A program made the position numbers and the translations under genes. Shown one piece after another: positions 1 through 7,560 of a stretch of DNA of 64,000 bases. How positions within the stretch are numbered: position 1 is the stretch's first letter; the number at the start of each line of letters is the position of its first letter. The notes beneath the pieces are model-generated. The model did not search any database, was not told the origin of the DNA, and saw only the letters and a list, made by a program, of their open reading frames with translations. Location of the stretch: positions 4,066-68,065 of the forward strand of contig JAUSIS010000004.1 of NCBI GenBank assembly GCA_030647355.1, read 5' to 3'. Source of the stretch: a bacterium (GTDB taxonomy: Bacteria > Patescibacteriota > UBA1384 > VFKW01).

Positions 1-661
1 ATCCTTGTGTCCAGCCGATCAGTTTTCTTAAGGTATCGGCACTCATTATTGTAACATGCAACGTCCCGTATTTCAACTGGTTTGCGTATCTTTTGTTTTT
101 ACTAGACTTACTAATTAATGTTTGTGGTTTATAAAACTGGCCCTTCGGCACCTTAGTTATTTCAGACCAGTAATTTAAAGACTCATCATATTGGCAATTA
201 TCATGAATGTGTATTCTCATCCTAATAGATTTTTCATTAATTCCGCATCTTTCTCGGAAAAATCTCATAGCAAATAAAATTATCAGCGGATCAGAATTAA
301 CGAACCTAACCATCCATTTTTCTTTTCGACTTCCTTCGGCGAGAAATAAACCGAGTCCTAGATAAAATAGTTCTTTTTTTGTTAAAACCTTTATTTCGGA
401 GGAATATTTTTTTAGTTCTTTACTAATACCTGCCCGATAAATCTCTGCTCTTTTTTTATTGTACTTGGTGATATTTTCTGAGGATTGTAATTTGGCTGCT
501 GAGATATTTTTGTTCTTAATTGCTTGAGATAAAGGAATACTAGAAAGCCACAAGGAAAGAGTTCCCTTAGAAATCTTGAGTTCAGATGATATTTGACTAT
601 AACTTAGACCTTGTTTTCGTAACTCTATTGCTCGAGTTCTTGAACTAGTGGAGTTTTTCAT
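1..661 (-). CDS. HTH + LAGLIDADG-like protein, 3' end runs off the window (not in the ORF track)
   Basis: ATG at 661 gives MKNSTSSRTRAIELRKQGLSYSQISSELKISKGTLSLWL (HTH), then ELFYLGLGLFLAEGSRK...VRFVNSDP (LAGLIDADG-like helix) and KYGTLHVTI. Starts 50 nt after the tRNA-Val CCA. Confidence 0.75.
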   Translation of the reverse strand, partial: MKNSTSSRTRAIELRKQGLSYSQISSELKISKGTLSLWLSSIPLSQAIKNKNISAAKLQSSENITKYNKKRAEIYRAGISKELKKYSSEIKVLTKKELFYLGLGLFLAEGSRKEKWMVRFVNSDPLIILFAMRFFRERCGINEKSIRMRIHIHDNCQYDESLNYWSEITKVPKGQFYKPQTLISKSSKNKRYANQLKYGTLHVTIMSADTLRKLIGWTQG

Positions 662-711
662 AAATTAATTAGACTACTAGTTTATATTATTATCAAATTT
701 GGGTACTAGGA

Positions 712-787
712 TGGTGGGCAGTACAGGATTTGAACCTGTGACTTCTTGGATGTAAACCAAGCGCTCTAGCCGCTGAGCTAACTGCCC
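712..787 (-). tRNA. tRNA-Val(TAC)
   Basis: GGGCAGTTAGCTCAGCGG...CTTGG-TTTACAT-CCAAG...GGTTCAAATCC...GCCCACCA; full cloverleaf with encoded CCA. Confidence 0.95.
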
Positions 788-789
788 TT

Positions 790-876
790 TGGTGCCGAGA
801 GGGGGACTTGAACCCCCACGTCCTTGCGGACACATGCACCTCAAGCATGCCTGTATACCAATTTCAGCATCCCGGC
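790..876 (-). tRNA. tRNA-Leu(GAG)
   Basis: GCCGGGATGCTGAAATTGG...CATGC-TTGAGGT-GCATG, long variable arm, GGTTCAAGTCC, ends GGCACCA. Confidence 0.95.
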
Positions 877-910
877 ACATTATATATTATAGGGTAAAAA
901 TCGGAAAAAA

Positions 911-1993
911 TCAACCAGTACGATTGGCGATTTCGTCTAAAATACGCCAACGACGTTGTTTTTCGCTCCAGGGAATAGGGTCGCCTAGTTTATGGGCGAC
1001 AGTGCCAAAGCGGGGAGAATATTTGTTGACATAAGCAATGAAATAGCCGACTTTTTTGAATACCTTGACAGTCTGCTGAAAATCTTCCTCTGTTTCACCA
1101 GGGAAGCCGACAATCACATCGGTCGAGATTTTAATGTTCGGTATTTTGGCTTTAATTTTTCTAACTAAATCTAGATATTGTTTTTTAGTATAGGGGCGAT
1201 TCATAGCCCGGAGAATCTTATCACTGCCCGATTGAAACGGGAGATGGATTTCTTTGGCAACTTTGCTTGAACTTGCAATTACGTCAATAACTTCACTGGT
1301 CATATCTTTGGGATGATTAGAAGTAAAATATATCTTAAAATCGCCCGAGATATTATTGAGTGTTTTGAGTAATTTTGCAAAGTCATATTGATAGGAATTA
1401 ACATTCTGGCCAAGGAGAGTGATCACTTTATAACCTTTTGATACTAAATCCTTGAAGCTTGTGACAATTTCGTCAAATGGCCTCGAGACTTCCCTGCCCT
1501 TGGTGTAAGGGACGGCGCAATACGAGCAAAAATTGTTACATCCGGACATAATTGGCAGATACGCAGAAGAGGTATTACTATTTTTTATTAACTGGGCAAA
1601 TAGCTTTCTATCTGGAATGGTAAGAAAATCTTTTAGTTTTTCAAGATTGCCATCCCAGAGGATGACGTTTTTTGCAGCCAGTTTCTTTTGATCATTATCA
1701 AGAATGCAGCCGGAAATGATAATTTTTTTTTCCATCTTCGCTCTTGGTATTTTACTCGGATTATTCATCCGTGTTTCATCCAAGATGCTTCGATGGACTT
1801 CGCCTTGCCAATTGTGGACCTGACCCATCATTCGATCGACGGCAGATTTGCGCACAGCACAAGCATTAATAAAAATAATTTCCGCTTCTTTAGGGTTTGT
1901 GAAAATAAAGCCAAGCTTTTCTAATATGTAATTGATACGAGCGGCTTCCCATTCGTTATATTGGCAGCCATAGGTTAAAATGTGGTATTTCAT
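911..1993 (-). CDS. miaB: MiaB-family tRNA methylthiotransferase (radical SAM), no C-terminal TRAM domain
   Basis: TYGCQYN and NACAVR N-terminal motifs, CNNFCSYC radical-SAM motif, LLGQNVNSY, HLPFQSGSD, STDVIVGFPGET. Start moved to the ATG at 1993. Confidence 0.85.
   Translation of the reverse strand: MKYHILTYGCQYNEWEAARINYILEKLGFIFTNPKEAEIIFINACAVRKSAVDRMMGQVHNWQGEVHRSILDETRMNNPSKIPRAKMEKKIIISGCILDNDQKKLAAKNVILWDGNLEKLKDFLTIPDRKLFAQLIKNSNTSSAYLPIMSGCNNFCSYCAVPYTKGREVSRPFDEIVTSFKDLVSKGYKVITLLGQNVNSYQYDFAKLLKTLNNISGDFKIYFTSNHPKDMTSEVIDVIASSSKVAKEIHLPFQSGSDKILRAMNRPYTKKQYLDLVRKIKAKIPNIKISTDVIVGFPGETEEDFQQTVKVFKKVGYFIAYVNKYSPRFGTVAHKLGDPIPWSEKQRRWRILDEIANRTG
1731..1797. repeat. Imperfect palindrome embedded in-frame in miaB
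   Basis: Nested arms TCCATC/GATGGA, TCTTGG/CCAAGA and CGGAT/ATCCG; coincides with an extra segment of about 22 aa. Confidence 0.6.
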
Positions 1994-2068
1994 CTGGATA
2001 ATTATACTGTTTCCCGTTAATTTTATCAAGAAAATAAAAAGAAGGACCATGACTGGTCCTTTAGTCGT

Positions 2069-2587
2069 TTATCGCGGTATTGTGCTGATATAGGCAAACC
2101 TGATATCGGCACTCAAGGGTTTAGCGCACTTCTGGCAATAGTCATCGCATGCTTTGGGTTCCAGTGAGTCGCAGGAAACAAATCGCTCGGCGCTCTGGCC
2201 ATTGCATCCTTCACCGTTGCACTTGATATGGTAGAAGAGTTTCATCCCCTTCCATTCCTTGATGTCGAAGACCGCTTCTTCATCCGGCAAGATCAGCACC
2301 GGTTGATAGAAGAATATTCGGCTGACGAGTTTCTCTTTGGAATACCGGCATTTCGCTTTGATTTCATAGAGATGGTTAGGCGCAGTCTCAGAGCAATAGA
2401 CTGGAATTATTTCGCTCAAGTGCTTTAGTATCCCGTAGCGGATTTGGACAGGGATCATAAGTCCCTTGTCTTCGTCGAAACGCCAGTAAGCAATTTCCTC
2501 AGGATGCACGATCCGCGGGAAATCATCATAGTGATAGACCTTGGGGAAACCACCTAGCGGCCATTTGAAATGTACAAACAACGCCAA
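2069..2587 (-). CDS. Hypothetical Cys-rich protein downstream of the riboswitch
   Basis: 172-aa ORF, TTG start after AAGGAG, several Cys pairs in the C-terminal half. Confidence 0.6.
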   Translation of the reverse strand: MALFVHFKWPLGGFPKVYHYDDFPRIVHPEEIAYWRFDEDKGLMIPVQIRYGILKHLSEIIPVYCSETAPNHLYEIKAKCRYSKEKLVSRIFFYQPVLILPDEEAVFDIKEWKGMKLFYHIKCNGEGCNGQSAERFVSCDSLEPKACDDYCQKCAKPLSADIRFAYISTIPR

Positions 2588-2611
2588 ACTCCTTGAGATT
2601 ATTCAAAACCG

Positions 2612-2654
2612 AAAAATAAAGAAAATGCCCGAGCCGAAGCACAGACATTTTCTT
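2612..2654 (-). terminator. Intrinsic terminator in the riboswitch leader
   Basis: Minus strand AAGAAAATGTC..C-TTCG-G..GGCATTTTCTT followed by TATTTTT. Confidence 0.65.
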
Positions 2655-2741
2655 GAGTGCATTTTATCCACTCACCTTTTTATCGAAACGCCAGTATCTA
2701 ATTATAGATTGGGCTTATTCGAAAAAAGGTAAGGGACTTTA

Positions 2742-2830
2742 CTTCGGTAGCCTGGCTGCCCAGCCCTTTTCAAAAAAGAGCTGGATCCATGGCTTTGCGT
2801 CCCCGTCTCACGGCGGGTTTGCCTTTTCGG
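2742..2830 (-). ncRNA. c-di-GMP-I (GEMM) riboswitch
   Basis: Minus strand AAAAGGCAAACCCGCC-GTGA-GACGGGGACGCAAAGCC...GGCTACCGAAG carries the GGCAAAC, GNRA loop, GACGCAAAGC and TACCG hallmarks. Confidence 0.88.
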
Positions 2831-2842
2831 TTTTGTAGAGAA

Positions 2843-2871
2843 ATTATACCTTATTTGATTAAGTTTGTCAA
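2843..2871 (-). promoter_or_regulatory. Sigma70 promoter driving the riboswitch leader
   Basis: Perfect TTGACA (2871-2866), 17 bp spacer, TATAAT (2848-2843). Confidence 0.8.
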
Positions 2872-3926
2872 TACTTTGTACCGGTTGAGGACATCGGTAA
2901 CAGTCGTCCTGTTTGGATGCAATAATTAATTGGCGACTGGTAGTTTAGACTGGCATGTCTTCTTTTGGAATTGTAGTAGGCAAGCCAGTGAGTTAAGTTC
3001 TTGTTAAATATTAAAAGATCTGGGTGAAAATGTCCATGATCTAACCATTCTTCCTGCAGGGTTCGGTTAAATCTTTCTACGACGGCATTGTCCTTGGGGG
3101 TTCTGACTCGGGAAAAGTAGTGCTCGATCTTTAGTTGCTTGCAGGCCTCTTCAAACTCCTTGGCAAACTCTGAGCCATGATCGGTCTGGATATTAACAAT
3201 CTGATCGTCAAAAAGATAATTAAGCCGCTTTAGAAAGTCACTGGCAGACCCCGAGCTATGGTTCTTGTAGGTATGGGCAAAGGCAATCTTGCCGTATTTG
3301 TCTATAGCGGTTAAGATATATCTTTTTAGACCAAACAGGTGAAGCACAATGGTATCTATTTGGATTAAGAACCCTAAAGTATTAGTGTTTCTGGTTTTAA
3401 GATCAGTTATCTTTTTCTTGGTACGGTTGGCCTTACTTCGCTCTTTTTGCTTTTCGATCTTTTGTGGATTTGGGTAGAGTTTATGTTTTTGGATGGTGTA
3501 GAGGATTTTATGGCAGGAAATATCTTCACCAAAACGCTCGTTGTATTCCTGACGAATCTTTTCTTTACCCTGAGAAAGATCTTGTTTTCTAATGAGCTTA
3601 ATCCGGTCTTCTTCTAAGAGGGTTATCTCTTTTTGCCGGACATGAATAGGAGCACGGGACTTATCTTCTAAAGTTTGGAAGTCGGCCGAGTCAAAACGAT
3701 CCAGGAACTTATACAAGGTTTTTCTGGCAATGCCGAAGTGCCGACAAGTGAAAGTGGCATTAAATTCTCCTTTAGTTTCATAGTAAATTATCCATTCAAG
3801 TCGACGCATTCCTTCGCGCGAGATGCTCTGCATTTTAGCAACCCGTCTCCATCTTTCGCAGCGGTCGAGGAGAATGTGAGGCCTTGATTTAATGAACGCC
3901 CATTTTTGTGTACTTTTTATACCCAT
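2868..3926 (-). CDS. IS481-family DDE transposase (rve core)
   Basis: N-terminal HTH, QIDT, AIDK, QTDHGSEF, NAVVERFNRTL, YYNSKRRHASL. Confidence 0.92.
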   Translation of the reverse strand: MGIKSTQKWAFIKSRPHILLDRCERWRRVAKMQSISREGMRRLEWIIYYETKGEFNATFTCRHFGIARKTLYKFLDRFDSADFQTLEDKSRAPIHVRQKEITLLEEDRIKLIRKQDLSQGKEKIRQEYNERFGEDISCHKILYTIQKHKLYPNPQKIEKQKERSKANRTKKKITDLKTRNTNTLGFLIQIDTIVLHLFGLKRYILTAIDKYGKIAFAHTYKNHSSGSASDFLKRLNYLFDDQIVNIQTDHGSEFAKEFEEACKQLKIEHYFSRVRTPKDNAVVERFNRTLQEEWLDHGHFHPDLLIFNKNLTHWLAYYNSKRRHASLNYQSPINYCIQTGRLLPMSSTGTKY

Positions 3927-3979
3927 CGGTACCTCCTAATGCATTTTAGGGGTGTTACCGATGTATCTCAACTTATGCA
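2877..3979 (-). mobile_element. Complete IS481-family insertion sequence
   Basis: Terminal IRs 2877-2902 (TGTACCGGTTGAGGACATCGGTAACA) and 3953-3979 (reverse complement TGCATAAGTTGAGATACATCGGTAACA); flanking direct repeat TACTT at 2872-2876 and 3980-3984. Confidence 0.85.
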
Positions 3980-4053
3980 TACTTGTGTCTGATTTGTGTC
4001 TGATTTGTGCTCTATTCTGAAAATAGTTCGAACGTATTTCGGCCGTCAGGCGA

Positions 4054-4101
4054 CCTGTCCCGAGCGACCTGTGGTGAGCGAAGTCGAACCAAGTCGAGGG
4101 A
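4054..4101 (+). repeat. Two nested REP-like repeats (CCTGnnnnGAGCnnnGTCGA family)
   Basis: CCTGTGGTGAGCGAAGTCGAACCA sits inside CCTGTCCCGAGCGA/AGTCGAGGGA. Confidence 0.65.
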
Positions 4102-4192
4102 ATAAAAACCCACCCACCTGAATTCTTGAACCTTAACAATTTCCAGTTTTTCTTTGGCGTTAATTACCAGGCCACCGCATCAGAAATTTATT

Positions 4193-4864
4193 CTAGTTCT
4201 GCCACGGGTATCTTACTTCTAAAATTTGTAGTGATTTGGAGTTTACAACCACTCTCATCGATCTTGCATTCTCAACACGATTATAATAATCTTTAGAGAC
4301 GCCGTAAACGAATCTCCAGTTAAGAGGCTGACTTTGGCGCTGGGATAAGGTAGCAAAATAACTACCACCTGAATCAGGATATCTCTGGTTGTAGACTTGG
4401 AATTGCGTTTCAGCAATAGTCAAAACCTCTGGAAAATCTTTAATTTTCAATATTTCAGATAAAGAGAATGGCTTATCACCATCGACCATAAGCTTAATTG
4501 ACGATTTAGTTATTTTATATTCTCCAGTCTCTGGTATGATTGAAAATAATAAATCAAACTTTTCTTCATCACTATGAAAATCGAAACTGTTGTCTGGTCG
4601 ATTGAAATTAAACGACCCATATTTTTTATCTACTATCACGGAATAAAGTTGTGGATTGCTAGAATACTTTCTGGCAATTTCAAAGGCTTTTTGTGCCTGT
4701 TCTAAAACTGAATTAGCATTCTTTAACTGTAGTTTACCAGACTCTAAAGTCTGGGAGAGATATTGGGGTATTTTTTCTTGCTTACCTGCATAGTAAAGGC
4801 CTACCAAGAGACTTGATATAGCTAAAATAATGGCAATGATTATAACCCAAAACCACTTTTTCAT
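4193..4864 (-). CDS. Hypothetical membrane-anchored protein
   Basis: 223 aa, N-terminal hydrophobic helix, GGAGG RBS. Confidence 0.75.
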   Translation of the reverse strand: MKKWFWVIIIAIILAISSLLVGLYYAGKQEKIPQYLSQTLESGKLQLKNANSVLEQAQKAFEIARKYSSNPQLYSVIVDKKYGSFNFNRPDNSFDFHSDEEKFDLLFSIIPETGEYKITKSSIKLMVDGDKPFSLSEILKIKDFPEVLTIAETQFQVYNQRYPDSGGSYFATLSQRQSQPLNWRFVYGVSKDYYNRVENARSMRVVVNSKSLQILEVRYPWQN

Positions 4865-4906
4865 TTCCCTCCTTTAGTTAATAAAATCCCTTAAAATTTT
4901 CTTTTA

Positions 4907-4974
4907 CCCTTCGACTCGACTCAGGGCAGGCAAAATGTGGTTCGAGCCGATGGATTCGACAAGCTCACCACAGG
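4907..4974 (-). repeat. Two REP-like repeats of the same family
   Basis: Reverse complements CCTGCCCTGAGTCGAGTCGAAGGG and CCTGTGGTGAGCTTGTCGAATCCA. Confidence 0.65.
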
Positions 4975-5113
4975 TATTTTTTCCAGGTTCTTTGGCAGTT
5001 TTCGAGGATCAAGAATTCGGGCGGGCGGGATTTTTTCGACCTCTTGGCCGTAAAACATTCGAGCCAACTTAAGAATAGACCCCCAGCGTTTACTAGTCAA
5101 GTTTTCGCCTGTG

Positions 5114-5197
5114 TGGGCATGAGAGGACTCGAACCTCCACGAGATTGCTCTCACTACGACCTGAACGTAGCGCGTATACCAATTCCGCCACATGCCC
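5114..5197 (-). tRNA. tRNA-Leu(CAG), CCA not encoded
   Basis: GGGCATGTGGCGGAATTGG...CTACG-TTCAGGT-CGTAG, variable arm, GGTTCGAGTCC...ATGCCCA. Confidence 0.93.
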
Positions 5198-5201
5198 AAA
5201 T

Positions 5202-6563
5202 TTATTTTTTAACCCTCTTTGTTTTTATATACCAAGAATCTAGAAAAGAAAAGCGGTTAGATGGAATAATCATTGATGTTATATTTATTCCTTTGATCTT
5301 TTCGGCAACATAAAAGTTATATGGTTGATCGTCTTGGAATATTGCTCCATATTCTCCTAAGATTATTTGTTTAGCTGCTGCAAGTTTGTCTTTTCTAACC
5401 TTATCATCTAGGGTCAGACGAGCTTCCTCCATTAAACGATCTAATGTTTTATTTTTCAATTGGCTGAAGTTCATGCCTGTCGGTGGAATTTGGCTTGAAT
5501 GCCAGTAAGGATACAGGTCGTCATAATACCCAGTGTTGAAACCATATACCAGTATGTCATATTGTTTTTTTTGGGCTTCGCTACTTAATAAAGTAACACT
5601 TTTTATAGTCTTTTCGTCTACTTTGATGTTTAATCGGGTAAATTGCTTAATTAGAGCATTGGTAAATTTCGCGGCAGATTCGGTATCGGGTCTTAAAAGC
5701 TTAAGCGATAGCGCTTGAGTAAATGCGGGTCCTTCTATGGTCTGTTTTCGCAGATTTGTGTCGGTAATTTTTCCTGTATTGAAAAAAGCAACATTGTACC
5801 TCGGCAAAGAGACTGAATATTGGGGTAATTGTGGTTTTACATTCTCATCGGTCGCTATAACATCCCCCCTTTTTATCGCTTTTGAGAGTTTATCCTTGTT
5901 GGGATAGATACGGAAAATCACTTCCTCAATGTATGGTTTTTGGAACGGCTTATTATCGTTAGGAGTGAGGGTAATTTCTTTATCATTTTGCTCTTTAATT
6001 TTATAAGCGCCATATGGTAATACAGGTCTTAAGGTAGAGGCAAGAAAGAGACCATATGGTTGTTTCAAGGTAAATTTGATCGTAGTTGAGTCAGGCGAAC
6101 TAATTTGTACTTCTGACCAGCTGCCTTTTTGATTGCGAATATAGCCAGCTACCCGGGATGACGAGTATCCTTTGGTTAATTGAAAAGTATAGGTTTTTCC
6201 ATCTTCGCTAACCTGCCAACTTTTGGCGACAGCCGGTTTAATTGTTCCGTCATTTCCAAGGCGGGTTAAACCGATATGAGTTAAGTAGCTGATTGATTCG
6301 TCAACGGTGGGAAGCGAATCTGCAAATAGTCCTTCAGTGTACACACCGCCATAGTCCGGAATTTCCTTGGTACTGGCTAAATAGTTTTGGCGCATCAAGA
6401 AAGCTGCGCCAGTTAATATAAAAAGCAGGAGAGCCAAAACAACTGTTTTTTCTCTTTTAGTTAGAAATTGAGGTAACTTCGTCGGGTGTAATTGGAAAAT
6501 TTTTTCCAGAAAGGAAATCGTGTCCTCCAGTTTGCTATTTAACAACCAGAAGAACCAAAGCAA
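5202..6563 (-). CDS. ABC transporter substrate-binding protein, family 5 (OppA-like); true start probably near 6518
   Basis: GGVYTEG, GLTRL..G.IKPAVAKSWQVSEDGKTYTFQL, DLYPYWHSSQ, single TM anchor. Confidence 0.85.
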   Translation of the reverse strand: MLWFFWLLNSKLEDTISFLEKIFQLHPTKLPQFLTKREKTVVLALLLFILTGAAFLMRQNYLASTKEIPDYGGVYTEGLFADSLPTVDESISYLTHIGLTRLGNDGTIKPAVAKSWQVSEDGKTYTFQLTKGYSSSRVAGYIRNQKGSWSEVQISSPDSTTIKFTLKQPYGLFLASTLRPVLPYGAYKIKEQNDKEITLTPNDNKPFQKPYIEEVIFRIYPNKDKLSKAIKRGDVIATDENVKPQLPQYSVSLPRYNVAFFNTGKITDTNLRKQTIEGPAFTQALSLKLLRPDTESAAKFTNALIKQFTRLNIKVDEKTIKSVTLLSSEAQKKQYDILVYGFNTGYYDDLYPYWHSSQIPPTGMNFSQLKNKTLDRLMEEARLTLDDKVRKDKLAAAKQIILGEYGAIFQDDQPYNFYVAEKIKGINITSMIIPSNRFSFLDSWYIKTKRVKK

Positions 6564-6753
6564 CTAGTGCAAACAGGATAGCAATTATAATAGTAAAATA
6601 AAACAGCACTTTTTCTAGACCGCGGCGGGAGCGATAGAAATTACCTTCTCCGCCGAAAGCGCCGCCAAGACCTGTGCCTTGATGCTGGAGGAGAATACTG
6701 ATAATAAGCACTATTGCCAAGATGATTTCTGTATCAATCAATATGTGAGCCAT
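6535..6753 (-). CDS. secG: Preprotein translocase subunit SecG
   Basis: Two TM helices around ILLQHQGTGLGGAFGG...RRGLEKVL. Confidence 0.92.
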   Translation of the reverse strand: MAHILIDTEIILAIVLIISILLQHQGTGLGGAFGGEGNFYRSRRGLEKVLFYFTIIIAILFALVALVLLVVK

Positions 6754-6797
6754 AGTTACTCCTGATCATTTCTGAATTAAAATCTTCAGGTGATTTG

Positions 6798-6868
6798 AGG
6801 CGTGATCCGGAATTGCACCGGAGTGAACGGTTTTGCAGACCGCTGCCTAACTTCTCGGCCATCACGCC
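6798..6868 (-). tRNA. tRNA-Cys(GCA)
   Basis: GGCGTGATGGCCGAG...GCGGT-CTGCAAA-ACCGT...ATCACGCCT, U73 discriminator. Confidence 0.92.
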
Positions 6869-6932
6869 ATACTGCCAAAGGTAAAAGTATTTAATAGTAA
6901 ACTGGACTAGTTTAGGCAGTTGCGTATGAAGC

Positions 6933-7007
<75 letters not shown>

Positions 7008-7100
7008 AATGATACCATTTTACCATTTCTGCTGTCTTGTGTAAAGTCTAATACAGGTTTATAATCTGGCTTGGATAGTAATTATTCGAATGGAGGAATA

Positions 7101-7442
7101 ATGTCAAAAAAATGGAAAAGCAAATTAAAAAAACAACAAAGAGCAAAAATTATTCGAGAGTCACTCGCAGAAAAGTCGGTCAATGAGCCAAACATGCCTG
7201 CAGTAGCCCCTGAGCCAGAGATTACCTCTAAAACAGAAGTAATATCCAGCACATCTAAAAAACAGATCAATACATCTCAAGAAAAATTTTTACATAAAAC
7301 AACCGAAGTCAGGGCAGAGATTAGAAAAATTGGGATTGTTTTCGGAATAATCATTCTATTGCTTGTCGCCGCTAAGATATTAGATTATCAAACTAATTGG
7401 GTAACTGAAGTGGCTGACATCATATCCGGATTGATTAAATAG
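7101..7442 (+). CDS. Hypothetical protein with C-terminal TM helix
   Basis: GGAGG then ATG at 7101; basic N-terminus, one TM segment. Confidence 0.7.
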   Translation: MSKKWKSKLKKQQRAKIIRESLAEKSVNEPNMPAVAPEPEITSKTEVISSTSKKQINTSQEKFLHKTTEVRAEIRKIGIVFGIIILLLVAAKILDYQTNWVTEVADIISGLIK

Positions 7443-7560
7443 TATTTTATTGTAATTTCTAGGACTAAAAATTGATCATCTACTATGGAGTTGAATAGTA
7501 AATCAACTATTTGTTTTGATATAACAACACATAAAAATTTATTTTAAGATAATGATTACG

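Noticed and set aside
677-1034. ORFs 677-880 and 789-1034
   Set aside because: They are translations of the tRNA-Val and tRNA-Leu genes.
4921-5313. ORFs 4921-5199 and 5044-5313
   Set aside because: They overlap tRNA-Leu(CAG) and REP-like repeats. A faint resemblance to a recombinase C-terminal remnant is too weak to call.
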